This document shows positions 11,239 through 25,740 of a stretch of 64,000 nt of DNA, piece by piece (the first letter of the stretch is position 1; each line of letters starts with the position of its first letter). The notes beneath the pieces are model-generated. The model ran no database searches. It was given only the letters and a program-made list of their open reading frames with translations, and was not told where the DNA came from. The DNA lies in the NCBI GenBank assembly GCA_965235115.1, contig OZ249441.1, forward strand, positions 15,934,001-15,998,000. The letters are read 5' to 3'. The translations under genes and the position numbers were made by a program. The stretch comes from Laetmonice hystrix (taxonomy: Eukaryota).

Positions 11239-14200
11239 AGAGCAACAGAATCACTAAACAAATCCGATGACATAGACTGTCACAGTGAGTTATATTTGAA
11301 AATGTCATCACCAGGTGCCGGTATATTGCGGTTTCCTATTTCATGCATATAACAATATTACCGTTTCAAATTAGGCACAAGAATTCCTCAGACAAATGTA
11401 CCCACAATGCACATGAAAAATTCATTTAGTCAGCTCACTGAGCGATGAATCTTTCCAGCCGCTTTTTACCGGTACTGTTACGATCCAATCTTAAAATGTA
11501 ATTGAAGACAACACTGAAAAAAGGGAATGACTGTGATACAGACATATTGTGAACTCTGCCACTGGTACCGCTATGGTTAGGGGATAACATTACCTTAAAC
11601 ACTATCGGTCGTCACTAATAAACTACAGAAAAAGGACAGAAGGAGGAAAACATGGAAACAGATGACAAGCAAATGAAAACAGAAACATGGTGACCGTTTC
11701 TGGTGGCGACAGTTCAAAATGGCGTCCGCTTATTGCCCCCCCCCCCCCCCCTCTGAGAGTGAATATCAGATTGTAATGTATTTCTTGCTCAATCGTTTCC
11801 GCTTCAGATTTATCTTCCAATCAGATACCTACACAATGTCTCATATAAAATACTACTGATTGAAGCACGATACAACTTATATATCAAGGTTGAATTACTG
11901 ACACACACAAAACCATGAAATAATCGTTTTATTTGAATCAAAATTAAAAGACAAATATTCTTTAATATTCTTAATTTGGAAAAATAAATACAATTTTAAA
12001 TTTTAGTATTACACTGCAGTAAGAGGTTGAAGATGCTTAGAGTTACACATTTTTAAAACTGTCGCCCGACAGGGGAGTCTCCTAGAATACCGACATTCAA
12101 ATGTAGAATTATTTGATGTAAAAGACATCTACATTCCAAGATAATAAGTATGAATTGTTGATTTCTATGTATTACGATCCAGTGGCTGCCCGACACTTGG
12201 CCGTGCCCGTCAGCCCCTCTGACGGTCTCCCGGTAATTCAAGCAGCAGGAACCCCATGGGAAGGACGTGATGGTAGGAAGGATTCCGACTACAAAAAGAA
12301 CCTTCCAACCGCACTAACCCGAGATATCGGCCATGATGTCATTGCTATAACCTAAAAACTCCAAGAAATGGAAACACTGCTCGACTTAATCTTGTTTCCT
12401 CCGCTACAGACTTGAAAAATAGGATTAGGCAAACCAGAATCACGTAACAAATGAAAAGTTACTGCGTGTTTTGTTTGCCTGGATAATCAGCCGGACAAAT
12501 GTGGTGCACCTCAAACTGCATCGAGACACATGCGACAGAAAGTTGCAGAGGCATTTAATTGCACATCTATTACGCTCTCCCAATCAAAGATTCTTATTGA
12601 GTTACCTAAGGTATACCACACATTTGTTGATATTTCAATCAAAAAGCTAATCAATCACTTTCATTTATAGAAGTCTCCAAGACATGTTTTTGGCCCAAAA
12701 TCTCAGGAAACGACTGCTCACGTTGGCCTTCAGTTGGAGTTATCATCTGATAAATACCTCAAGCATCCATCCAAATTCCAAATTCAAGTCAGTCTGAAGT
12801 ACCCTATAAAGTGTTGTGCAAGATGGCAGACTGTCCTATTCTGATCGCCTGATCACGTTAAAGCTGCGCTGTTGCCAACATTCAGAATGACGCTGTGAGG
12901 ACTGCATGAAGGCTGAACAATCCCTTTCTTTGAGATCTCTGGCCATATACAGTAGGCCTAGACCTACAGTTTCACACTGACGACAAACGTGTTCCACCCT
13001 AGCTTTCTTTCCCCACAGATTAGCCCACTTTTGGACACACTGCATATCCCTATTATGTTCCTGTTACCGTTCGAACAATTTTATCCCCTGTACAATATGC
13101 TGCACGTTTCACGGCCCATTGTCCAAAACACAATAAAGTAGGGTTCGATATAGAACGCCATCTTTACCTGATATGTTGCGTTGGACTCTCATTTTGTCCG
13201 TGCATAGATTTATTATACACGCAATCTATCAGCCAGTGTCAATCAGGAGGATGCCATATGGGGGTTCGTATAGAATGCGTGTTCCATGCGGACTGATTTG
13301 ATTATACACGTTTCGGGGCGACGCGACATTAACTATAGGGGGCGCTATAGAAACGCAGGAACATGTATTAGCCTTTTATGATCGGGAGCTTAAAGTTGTT
13401 TGTTTTCCTTAAATTCGAAATAATTCAAACACATATAATAAACACTTAACGGGAAAAGTGAGGAACTTGATGCCTGACGCATGATTACGGCGTTCCACCT
13501 TCGGGGTCGTGCCATATTCAGGTATCTCATTTCATACTTTCGAGCTTGGCGGCAGGGCAGACATCCCTAAAAATCTAAACACTAACACTTATACTAACCC
13601 TAACACAAGCCCATAACTAACCCTAAATCCGAAAGAAAATACCCCTAATCCACAAAAGAATTCATTCCAGGCAAAATAATGGTAGAAAAAAATAAATCCC
13701 TAGGGGGGTTCGAACTCCTATTGATTCAAGCATGAGGAATGTCTGCCTTTTGCAAAAATCATACTTTTTCGCGCTGAGTGGAGTATAGTGCGTCTCACTG
13801 CACTGAATACCAACAAAAGGTCCAAGTGTCAGTTTTGCTGCAGTACATTCGTCCAGTTACTGCTCCTGTCAAAGCTATTTCCTGAAAAACGTTGTTTGGG
13901 TGGCCTTACGGTGATAATGACATTTAAATGTCGAGACATCGTTCTGAAGTCCAGGACAAGTATTGAAGCGTGTTCTCTTTCCCATTTAATTTGAAACTTA
14001 TAAAGAAGGTAGGTTTCCTCTAAATGAGTATATTTCTTACCTGTATATGACACCAAATAGGCTGTGCGTCTTTTCTTGGCAACCAATCAATTTTCATAAA
14101 GTGAATAAATCCAACGCAATGGGTGATTAAACATATTGTAGAACATTATTCATGCGCCATAAATCCGGGAGGCACTGTAAGGGAAACACTGTGCTTATAA

Positions 14201-14431
14201 AAAAAACTTGAGAACTTATCACCTGTGACATTTCCCTGAGGAAAGGAACATGAAAAAATGTCACGACAAATCATTGATCGATAAATACTTGCATGGTTCG
14301 GCGTTAACGAATGAGGTCAGCCCATTTCATCCGCGGGGACAGAGTTACATGGGAAGGTCAGGACATTTTGTTTACAGGGATGATCCCAACCGGAGATTGA
14401 ATCCCTCGGAATCCCCCATCCCCCTTTAAAA

Positions 14432-14606
14432 CAACCCGGACACCGACACTTTAAAACCCGGACACCGACACTGTAAAACCCGGACACCGACACTGTAAAA
14501 CCCGGACACCAACACTGTAAAACCCGGACACCGACACTGTAAAACCCGGACACCACCACTGTAAAACCCGGACACCAACACTGTAAAACCTGGACACTGT
14601 AAAACC
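14432..14606. repeat. 22-bp minisatellite, about 8 units
   Basis: Unit ctgtaaaacccggacaccgaca, period 22. Confidence 0.93.
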
Positions 14607-14810
14607 ACGGTTAATGGCATACAGTTAAGGCGGTGCCTGGGTATTCTAGTAAAGACCAATACTGCTGTTTCATGGGCGTTATTGAAATCACCATACCAAT
14701 GTTCCTACCAAAGATCGTAACATAACGCACTGGAACTTTTGCGGTTATGTTACGTTCTTTGTTCCTATACTGCCAGCCTAACACGAAACAGTACAACTAG
14801 TCAAATTTAT

Positions 14811-15502
14811 AGGTACCATCACCCTCCTCAGAGCTGACAATGATAGAAATTAAAGGTACCATCACCCTCCTCAGAGCTGATAATGATAGAAATTAAAGGT
14901 ATCATCACCCTCTTCAGAGCTGACAATGATAGAAATTATAGGTACCATCACCCTCCTCAGAGCTGACAATGATAGAAATTAAAGGTACCATCACCCTCTT
15001 CAGAGCTGACAATGATAGAAATTATAGGTACCATCACCCTCCTCAGAGCTGACAATGATAGAAATTAAAGGTACCATCACCCTCCTCAGAGCTGACAATG
15101 ATAGAAATTAAAGGTACCATCACCCTCCTCAGAGCTGATAATGATAGAAATTTAAGGTACCATCGCCCTCCTCAGAGCTGACAATGATAGAAATTATAGG
15201 TACCATCACCCTCCTCAGAGCTGACAATGATAGAAATTATAGGTACCATCACCCTCCTCAGAGCTGACAATGATAGAAATTATAGGTACCATCACCCTCC
15301 TCAGAGCTGACAATGATAGAAATTAAAGGTACCATCACCCTCCTCAGAGCTGACAATGATAGAAATTAAAGGTACCATCACCCTCCTCAGAGCTGACAAT
15401 GATAGAAATTAAAGGTACCATCACCCTCCTCAGAGCTGACAATGATAGAAATTAAAGGTACCACCACCCTCCTCAGAGCTCACAATGATAGAAATTAAAG
15501 GT
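14811..15502. repeat. 43-bp minisatellite, about 16 units
   Basis: Unit aggtaccatcaccctcctcagagctgacaatgatagaaattaa, period 43. Confidence 0.96.
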
Positions 15503-16559
15503 CTGGGGCCATTGCTCCCCTTCAAATTAGTTCACGGAGAGAGTTCGTTCCTCTGAAATCATTATTTTCTCTTCTTTCAGAAGTAATATGAACCACATTT
15601 TTATCCTAACATTTTTTTGGAACTGATGTCTCATAGATTGCCAATAGCTTCATACTTCATATTTTTACTTCCTCCCTTGAGATATACAACAACTTACATT
15701 ATTAGAAAAATGGATGAGTCTGTCATGCAGACGACCATTCAAAGTAAAAAAGGGACGTATTTCCTGTGCATTTTATTAATTGCAAAAAAGTCCTTACCTA
15801 ATAATTAATTTTGTTAATTTACACCTTAACCCGAGGGTGAAAATACCCTGACAATACATTGGGCTCCGAATATGGCTGACGAGGACCTAAAATCATTTGA
15901 GTGCAACACAATTCCAGTCCAACAGTCTACTGTGAGAAAATCTATAATGCAAAGCCAGTCAAATAATTCTTCAAAATGACCAATCTACTACAAAACAAAC
16001 CAACCGTAAAGAACTCAGCCCACTTAAGTTTTCCGAAAGAAAAATACTCCATCTTAATGCTTCGGTCCATTACACATGACAAGTCAGATCACATCCGTTA
16101 AAATCTGGGTGACTTATGCCAAGGAGGCCACGTGGTATTCATTTCGTCATCGACATTTGGCTCAAAGCAGGCGACCTTGAGGTCTTTGAGTTGAACTATT
16201 GATGAATACATCATAGAACTCAACTGTGCAAGACGCATCATGGCGTTTGTTCTTTTATTTCAAATCCTTTATTTTGGATACCGGTACAGCACACGACTAG
16301 CACTACTGAGATAAAGGAATTGCCTGCTTTCCCCGCTTTTGGCGAGTGGAGCACAGGCACGATCTGCTGCATCCGGTCCTTTTGAAAGGTTTTAGAGGTT
16401 TTCTACAAGAACACGCAGACTGCCCAAATACCATCCGGTGATCAAGAAATTCGGTTGGTGTTTGTCTTCTGCACCTGACCTGTTTCCCCCTGTGTGAACG
16501 GCCCGGTGGCTGTCTGTTGATTGAGTGTGACACCCACTTTGATGGGTCCAGTAGGTTGG

Positions 16560-16618
16560 AGGTGGGGTGGGGTGGGGTGGGGTTGGGTGGGGTGGGGTGG
16601 GGTTGGGTGGGGTGGGGG
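16560..16618. repeat. (GGGGT)n microsatellite
   Basis: Direct reading of ggtggggtggggtggggtggggttgggtgg... Confidence 0.9.
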
Positions 16619-17289
16619 GCGCACACCACACACCGGGTTTGATCAACCCCAGCAGCACGGCTCAGCCTCCATCGCTTGGCTACATCTGCCACCTGTACTT
16701 GACCCACTATATGTTAACGAACTGCACCGGGATCCTGCACCGGGATCCGGCCTCTCAAAGACACTGTACAGGATCGTGTCAGAGACATTACATCACAGTC
16801 ACAGGCATTGAATCTATGGCAACTTTATCAATCATGTGAGAATGACAAGATTACAATATAACAATTCACTAGGCCTGCTTATCCAATACCCAGTAATTGC
16901 AATCTCTGCAATCAAAGAGCGTCAAAAGCAAAGCTGGAATTGCATAGTATTAAATCACAATGAGTTAATGAGTTTGTTATGTCTATGATGTATGCTTTTG
17001 TTAAACTAATGGATTTTGTAGATTCAATAAATCATCGTCTTTGTCGGTCTGCGCGGCATTATTAAGTTAAAGTCTTTTCTTTCAGACATCAAAGAACACA
17101 TACACCCACCGTCTGTATGAAGACATTATGGAATTATCCAATGTGTAAGGTGAAATATTTTGCCTGTAATGAAAGAAATTTTTAGTTATCAGAATATTTA
17201 TTAACTTGCTCGAATAATGACACCAGTACGCTCATGTAGAAGGTTCCCTCTCTGCCCAACCTTATATATTGTTTCCTTACTTGTACTGA

Positions 17290-18501
17290 TGGTAATAATC
17301 AAACCTTACATATCCATTACTACGACTCCGTTACCTGTCCTGATCATAATCAAACCTTACATATCCATTACTACGACTCCGTTACCTGTCCTGATCATAA
17401 TCAAACCTTACATATCCATTACTACGACTCCGTTACCTGTCCTTATGGTATAATCAAACCTTACATATCCATTACTACGACTCCGTTACCTGTCCTGATG
17501 GTAATAATCAAACCTTACATATCCATTACTACGACTCCGTTACCTGTCCTGATCATAATCAAACCTTACATATCCATTACTACGACTCCGTTACCTGTCC
17601 TGATGGTATAATCAAACCTTACATATCCATTACTACGACTCCGTTACCTGTCCTGATGGTAATAATCAAACCTTACATATCCATTACTACGACTCCGTTA
17701 CCTGTCCTGATGGTATAATCAAGCCTTACATATCCATTACTACGACTCCGTTACCTGTCCTGATGGTATAATCAAACCTTACATATCCATTACTACGACT
17801 CCGTTACCTGTCCTTATGGTAATAATCAAACCTTACATATCCATTACTACGACTCCGTTACCTGTCCTGATGGTATAATCAAACCTTACATATCCATTAC
17901 TACGACTCCGTTAACTGTCCTGATGGTATAATCAAACCTTACATATCCATTACTACGACTCCGTTATCTGTCCTGATGGTAATAATCAAACCTTACATAT
18001 CCATTACTACGACTCCGTTATCTGTCCTGATCATAATCAAACCTTACATATCCATTACTACGACTCCGTTATCTGTCCTGATGGTATAATCAAACCTTAC
18101 ATATCCATTACTACGACTCCGTTACCTGTCCTTATGGTAATAATCAAACCTTACATATCCATCACTACGACTCCGTTACCTGTCCTTATGGTATAATCAA
18201 ACCTTACATATCCATTACTACGACTCCGTTACCTGTCCTTATGGTAATTATCAGACCTTACATATCCATTACTACGACTCCGTTACCTGTCCTGATGGTA
18301 TAATCAAACCTTACATATCCATTACTACGACTCCGTTACCTGTCCTGGTCATAATCAAACCTTACATATCCATTACTACGACTCCGTTACCTGTCCTGAT
18401 GGTATAATCAAACCTTACATATCCATTACTACGACTCCGTTACCTGTCCTGATGGTAATAATCAAACCTTACATATCCATTACTACGATTCCGTTACCTG
18501 T
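17290..18501. repeat. 51-54-bp minisatellite, about 23 units
   Basis: Core taatcaaaccttacatatccattactacgactccgttacctgtcctgat with variable ca/ggta/ggtaa linker. Confidence 0.96.
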
Positions 18502-18619
18502 ATGCTTTAAAAGCAATGAGAGTGACACACAGAATCTATACGTTGACCTTAAAAGTACGCTGTAAACACTTTGATTCAAACTGAAGGGACAAACATGTCT
18601 GAAATGAAGCAATGAATCA

Positions 18620-19995
18620 AGTACAATCAGGTACAGCAAACCGTTATGTGTACCATATCACGTACAGTCAGGTACAGCAAACCGTTATGTGTACCATATC
18701 AAGTACAATCAGGTACAGCAAACCGTTATGTGTACCATATCATGTACAGTCAGGTACAGAAAACCGTTATGTGTACCATATCATGTACAGTCAGGTACAG
18801 CAAACCGTTATGTGTACCATATCATGTACAATCAGGTACAGCAAACCGTTATGTGTACCATATCATGTACAATCAGGTACAGCAAACCGTTATGTGTACC
18901 ATATCATGTACAGTCAGGTACAGCAAACCGTTATGTGTACCATATCATGTACAATCAGGTACAGCACACCGTTATGTGTACCATATCATGTACAATCAGG
19001 TACAGCAAACCGTTATGTGTACCATATCATGTACAGTCAGGTACAGCAAACCGTTATGTGTACCATATCATGTACAGTCAGGTACAGCAAACCGTTATGT
19101 GTACCATATCATGTACAGTCAGGTACAGCAAACCGTTATGTGTACCATATCATGTACAATCAGGTACAGCAAACCGTTATGTGTACCATATCATGTACAA
19201 TCAGGTACAGCAAACCGTTATGTGTACCATATCATGTACAGTCAGGTACAGCAAACCGTTATGTGTACCATATCAAGTACAATCAGGTACAGCAAACCGT
19301 TATGTGTACCATATCATGTACAGTCAGGTACAGCAAACCGTTATGTGTACCATATCATGTACAGTCAGGTACAGCAAACCGTTATGTGTACCATATCATG
19401 TACAATCAGGTACAGCAAACCGTTATGTGTACCATATCATGTACAATCAGGTACAGCAAACCGTTATGTGTACCATATCATGTACAGTCAGGTACAGCAA
19501 ACCGTTATGTGTACCATATCATGTACAATCAGGTACAGCACACCGTTATGTGTACCATATCATGTACAATCAGGTACAGCAAACCGTTATGTGTACCATA
19601 TCATGTACAGTCAGGTACAGCAAACCGTTATGTGTACCATATCATGTACAGTCAGGTACAGCAAACCGTTATGTGTACCATATCATGTACAGTCAGGTAC
19701 AGCAAACCGTTATGTGTACCATATCATGTACAGTCAGGTACAGCAAACCGTTATGTGTACCATATCATGTACAATCAGGTACAGCAAACCGTTATGTGTA
19801 CCATATCATGTACAGTCAGGTACAGCAAACCGTTATGTGTACCATATCATGTACAATCAGGTACAGCAAACCGTTATGTGTACCATATCATGTACAGTCA
19901 GGTACAGCAAACCGTTATGTGTACCATATCATGTACAGTCAGGTACAGCAAACCGTTATGTGTACCATATCATGTACATTCAGGTACAGCAAACC
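18620..19995. repeat. 41-bp minisatellite, about 33 units
   Basis: Unit caggtacagcaaaccgttatgtgtaccatatcatgtacaRt. It has no stop codon on the + strand, hence three overlapping 440-493 aa pseudo-ORFs. Confidence 0.97.
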
Positions 19996-22900
19996 ATGCC
20001 TGTGTCGGTGAAAAAGGCTGACAATCATATTCTGGCTATATTCTCACCACAAGCTGGCTGTATTCTCAGTACATTAATTCTGACCACGTATGACCTTTCC
20101 GAGACTACTAGACTGTATGCACGCTGAGCACAACGTATCCTGTCTAGTCACATGACCGTGTCGAAACTGTTACTGGCGGCCTTGTACACAGTGATCGCTG
20201 TGTACGGTGACATTTCCATACTTGGAGTTGGCTGATCAATCAATACGGCCTCATAGTGCACTTCATGTCTTGCATGATGCATTCTTTACACATTGTTAGA
20301 GGCAGCTTCAAATTAGAAAAAGTAAACATTAGAAAAAGACCCGAGAGACATAGAGACACAGACAGAGAGGGAATCACGTGATGAGATTTCTATTATGCTG
20401 ACTTCCGTTCAAGCAGAATGTTTTCCCGCTGGTCTTCTGATGACATTTTGTGGATTTTAGAAAGCAGAACCACTATCAATAATCGAATCACCAGCAAGAC
20501 CTTACAGAAGGGCAGATCGATATTTACTTGAAAATTTAATCAATTGTTTTTACTGATGTCGCTGAACCATCAAAATCAATTACAGCACTTCTCGAGATAT
20601 CTCAACAAGTTTAATAAAAGCTGCCTGGGACTTCTTGAAAAGGCCTCGCCTAGGAGGACAGAAGGTGGCCGGGACAGAAAGGAGGAGAAAAGTAGTGTTG
20701 CCGTTACCATAACACTGCCTCCTATATTTCACAATGTTCCGAGTGGTCCCCTCCTAAAACAAGATGAACGCCTTATCAACTGGTAGCGTTATATTCCATG
20801 GCACGCCTTCATGGGAACTTGATGCGCCACTTGAGGACGTTCTTTGAGGTTGATCGGCCAATACACCACTCTCAGTATGAGCTAATCTCTCAGGTCTAGC
20901 GTCGTTCTTAAACTGTAATTACTGCCCGTCCTACCCTGGTGACCAATCAACATCCTCCATCATCCTGATGATAGAACTATGCATGCAGAAAAGCTTACTC
21001 TTTCTCAGGCCTGAATGTATCAAATCATTCTGATATTTTATGGCACATTCTCCAAGCTCTGTGTTTTGGCTACCATCCAGGGCGCTACACCTGACCTTGC
21101 TGGTGACATAAATAATGCTCGTTATTTTCATCACTGGTGTTGAAAGGCAAATTTACTAGACTTGACTTCAGCGCCACATCTTAGTACAATCTGGCTGCAG
21201 CTTGGAAAGATGTCTTCAGGACAAGGAAATACAACCCTCGTCTGTAGGATCTTATTTTCAAATCTCAGCAGAGTGTCACGATTTGCAGATAGAATGCGGG
21301 ATGAACAAGACAAAAAGAGCCAACTTGATCGTAACACTAACTTCAAATGTTCTTTCTCTGCTGATCACCATGTGTGACTTGTCTGAAGGAATTAGTGTTG
21401 GACAATATTCTGTCCCGTTTGTTTGTCATTTAACATGAGAAACTCCGTCGTTCAAAAGGAACACTGCACAGTCCACTATTGTCTTAAACTAAATCACTAC
21501 AGTGTATTTCTAGAGAGACAGACACGTATGTACGCAAGTAATTCTAATTCTTATTCACATTTCCCATCCTATAAGCTGTTGCATGGTCACTCCAAGAACA
21601 GATTATGTCAACATCCAGACTGTAGATATAATATATATCTGCTTTCCTGAGGCTGTTTGTAGAGTCTGCTATGAATGCAAACAGACCGCGGCAGGATGTG
21701 CGGCACGCTTCCTCAACGTCTCCCACCAACTGTCTGCTCAGCCAACAAAGTTAGTTGTATCAGCACTCAACCTGTCCACATATCACCGCCAAATTCTCTC
21801 AAATTGAGTCGGTTCTCAGCGGGCAAATGTACTGATTAATACTCGTTCTGGCAGACATAGAGAACACTGAGAGATAACAAAATGTTGTAGCCGACCTATG
21901 ACATCATCATGGGTTTGTCACCGGCAGCAATATAAAATCTGACTTCAAGATCTTACCTTGTGATTTTGTAAGATGAATTATACAATCATGGAAATAATCT
22001 AGAAAATATAATATTGCGATAGGGTATTCATCATTTATTTAAATCTAAATCTTAAATCTCATTTAAATTTAAATACCGACTAGATATAGATTATTAGTAC
22101 AGTCTTTAAACGGGGGGCTAGCGGGGGGGGGGGGGGGCTAGCGGGATGAAACCAAACAATACATGGGTATCAAACAAATATTAGTAACATCCATATTGTG
22201 TATCTACCTTTTTGAAATGACAAACTAGGAGCAATAGAAGCTACTACTTATACAGGAGTTTACTTGTGACATTAAATCCATCATATTGGGGGGGGGGGTC
22301 CTTCTAAAAACAAGACTGTAGTAGCTTTTCTTGTTGAAGATACAATGTGTGACTACCCACGTTGAATTTAACTGTAACTGAACCAGCCCCTTCCCTTCGT
22401 ATTGTTATCAGCCTTTTACGGAATGTATTTTCTCGAAATGTCAGACATCCATCTAAGAAAGGTCAGGGTGAACGACCTACCTGACATTACAAGAGAAGTG
22501 GGCCAACACCTCAGGGATTACAGTGTCAAGGTGATACTTGAAGGTTTCACATCTCTCAAAGTCGACTTTAAGTGAAGTCGATTAACCTCATTCTAAACCA
22601 GTGACCTTGTATTCCTCTGTTAACACCAACATTATTTTCAACTAGACATGCAGATTGCAGGCAATCAGGTATCCCGTTCCTCTATGGATGTATCTAGAAA
22701 GGTTCTGTATAGCATGAAAGCAAGTGAGTCATACCAATAATGAGCATAGGGTTACAAGAGAAAGACTGTGGGGAAGGTAGGGCCTATATTCCAAATCTGG
22801 AGAAGATTCTCCAAAAAATGAGGGAGTAGATGCATTTTGACCAGTAATGAGCATAGGGTACCGACAGACCACTTAGACACCTGTGTACACAAAAATTTCT

Positions 22901-23077
22901 TCAAAATAAAAAATATAAAAATGAATACCCAAAAAAGGTTTGACATAGGTGGGATTTGAAGGCAATACCCTTGTCATAAAATTCCCACACATCTGTTCAC
23001 ACACATATTTTGTGTTTCTGTAAATTCATCACCAAAGTAATTAGGAACTAAGTAGAAATTTATTTTTTTTAAATCAT

Positions 23078-23148
23078 GCCATGCGTAGGATTCGAACCCA
23101 CGACCCTTGGCATGAAAGCCCTACTCTCTACCACTGCACCATCCGTGC
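23078..23148 (-). pseudogene. tRNA-like sequence (A and B boxes present, acceptor and anticodon stems poorly paired)
   Basis: Sense gcacggatggtgcagtggtagagagtagggctttcatgccaagggtcgtgggttcgaatcctacgcatggc. T-arm GTGGG-TTCGAAT-CCTAC pairs; other arms do not. Confidence 0.65.
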
Positions 23149-23330
23149 ACGCACAGAATTTGTAGAGTCCTGCAATAAATGAATGACCATTGGCATAGAA
23201 GTAAAGAACGATGAATTACATCATACCGGGGAGACGCCATACCAGGCTTATAAAGGTCCCCTATTGTACGAGAGCTATTTACCAAGATTACCGGAGGTAG
23301 AACATATATAAATAAATGAAAAAATCTTTT

Positions 23331-23401
23331 GTCACAGGTGGGATTCGAACCCGAGACCTCTGGCATGAAGATCATACACTCTATCACTGAGCCATCCGGG
23401 C
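23331..23401 (-). pseudogene. tRNA-like sequence, second copy
   Basis: Sense gcccggatggctcagtgatagagtgtatgatcttcatgccagaggtctcgggttcgaatcccacctgtgac. A box TGGCTCAGTGA and B box GGTTCGAATCC. Confidence 0.65.
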
Positions 23402-25404
23402 GCACACTCAATTTGTTGAGTGTTGCTGTAAATGAATCACCATAGTGGTAGATAACTGTGTGTTACGTCATACCATCGTTACGTCATAGCAGGCTTATAA
23501 AGGATGCCTAGTGGAAGAGAATTATGCCATTATCATTAGATATCCACGAAATTCCACGAACTTCCTCATTACATGCAAAATTGACAAAATTCAAAGTCAC
23601 GTGACTTAGCGATATGACGTCATATTTAAAAAAAAATGCCATTAATCGATCCGCCCCACTATGACGAAGCCGTAAATCAAATTTGGAGAAGATTCTGTAA
23701 AAAATGAAGGAGTAGATAGATTTTGACTGTTTTCTATGGCTTGACCTGTATGTCAGAAAGGTCAAAGGTCAAAGGTCAAATGTATGTGGTAAATGATAAA
23801 GGTACAAGTCCTAAGTGAGATGACATGAATAACTTTTGTCTATCTCTGACTGGAAGTGTACCACGCGATATCAAAGTTGCCAGCTATAAAACGTCATAAC
23901 ATGACGTCATGACGTCACATGACATATTCCATCATATGTCGAGGTCTCCATGTCATGAAGTATCTAGCCTGAAAGTTTCATCCAGATATCTTGAAAACTG
24001 AGGGAGATATTCACCAGACCTTAACTACAACTACAACAACTACTACTACTACTACGACAATAATAATAGTGTACACCCAAACCGTACAATTTCAGAATCC
24101 CGTTCCTCAGTCAGAGGAACGGGATAATAAATGTACGCCTCCCAGTAAAAAATGTCACTCAAGAAAATCTTCCCTCCTTTTTTTTAAATATGCGGCCAGG
24201 GTTGGGCTTTAACTGCACCTTATATGCCGAGTCATTCTGCGAGAGAAAATTACTTCTTACATCGAATGCCTGTGCCGATTTCCACACTTCACTAAATTAA
24301 ACATCAGCTTTTCTCAGGCCTCCTATTCACAGAATGTAATGCTCTACGCACTTCACTGGAAATAGAGCAGGTATAATGTGTATAGTGAGGTGAACGTTTC
24401 AAGGTTCAAAGTCTATGGTGAGCAAGTCTTTCACCTAATATATAAATTTTAAATTTTCTAACATCATTTATACGAGACGGGTTTTCAATAGAACCGTTCA
24501 TTTAGAGGTAATGTTTATTTCCACTACATTTCTCCAGCACGGGACGTGTCGCCTGTGTCTGCCCATTTTCCCTCCCCTTTTTGAGTCTGAAATTCGGATT
24601 CATGAAACACCTTTTTAATGACTGCATACCGTCGTAAGCATAAGACTTATTCCACTAAGCCAGCGCTATTCTAGTATGAAAAGCCGTCGGTGTAACAAGC
24701 ACGTTAGCAGGAGCAGGGATTAGACAGTATGTTTTATTAATAGATCTAGGCACGACTAGACTTATCATTTGGCCAAGCATACATCATTAGACAGAGAATA
24801 CGAAGGAGGAATGCCCGAAACACTGAAACATCCAGGTGCCTGTAATTTTCCACAGCCCTGTTTGCCTGACGGAGGCCATCTTACCCAAGGTTATCGTCTT
24901 GACCCCAGTCTGGCCCTGGGCCTTAGCTGATCGAGTAATTGCACTTCTTTACATTTTGGTGCTTTTACCTATTTATTATTTATTAGTACAGTGTAGAGGT
25001 CCAACAAGAGACAAAGCATTTCTACATTATGCAATAGGTCATAAATTTCTATTAACGTAAAGCGGAATTAATGTCCTGCAACTCTTTACTGAACGGAGAA
25101 ACACGTTTAGACTCGGAAACTCAATTCGGAGTCGGCAAGAACGACACATGATCTTGTAGGGTTCATACAAAACAAGTCGGCTCTAAAATACCCCCTGGCT
25201 ACGGGTGGGGTAAGACGGAAGAGGGGTTGAGGTGTTGAAGGGGGGAGTTTTGGCCGGGTCCCATAAAGCCGGGTGATGACGAGCCACAGGTCTATGTCCA
25301 CTATGTGACTCATCACGACCCCTCTCCCCCCGCGCCTCCAGGATAAGCCTCCTTACTGGCGACAAATTAAATTGCTTCATGCCAGCTCACGTGGGCCTTA
25401 ACAC

Positions 25405-25740
25405 AATCACTCCCCGCATCGGGACTCAAGATGGATGTCAGCAACACTGAACGTCCCAGTCAAGTGGACTGGCCGTGGCAATGTGTACAGTCAGTGGCAT
25501 GGACCATACTGCCTCACCATCAGTCCCCGCATCGGGACTCAAGATGGATGTCAGCAACACTGAACGTCCCAGTCAAGTGGACTGGCCGTGGCAATGTGTA
25601 CAGTCAGTGGCATGGACCATACTGCCTCACCATCACTCCCCGCATCAGGACTCAAGATGGATGTCAGCAACACTGAACGTCCCAGTCAAGTGGACTGGCC
25701 GTGGCAATGAGTCAGTGGCATGGACCATACTGCCTCACTC
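25405..25740. repeat. 113-bp tandem repeat, about 3 units
   Basis: tccccgcatc recurs at 25411, 25524 and 25637. The third unit has a short deletion. Confidence 0.9.

Larger units (their letters stand above)
22640..24130 (+). mobile_element. Non-autonomous Helentron/HINE-like (rolling-circle) element
   Basis: Starts aactaga... with subterminal atcccgttcctc at 22671-22682. Near the 3' end: (act)n microsatellite at 24020-24065, perfect hairpin atcccgttcctc-agtca-gaggaacgggat at 24097-24125, then aataa. Internal aaggtcaaaggtcaaaggtcaaa and aagtttcat motifs. The architecture matches the DINE-1/HINE plan; the family assignment is inferred. Confidence 0.6.

Noticed and set aside
18612-20127. Three overlapping 440-493 aa ORFs
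   Set aside because: They arise because the 41-bp unit has no stop on the + strand and 41 is not divisible by 3, so all frames carry the same peptide. No unique domain or splice context.
23078-23401. Functional tRNA genes (apparent TTC anticodon)
   Set aside because: Acceptor and anticodon stems do not pair, and the copies sit inside a mobile-element-like structure. Recorded as tRNA-like pseudogenes.
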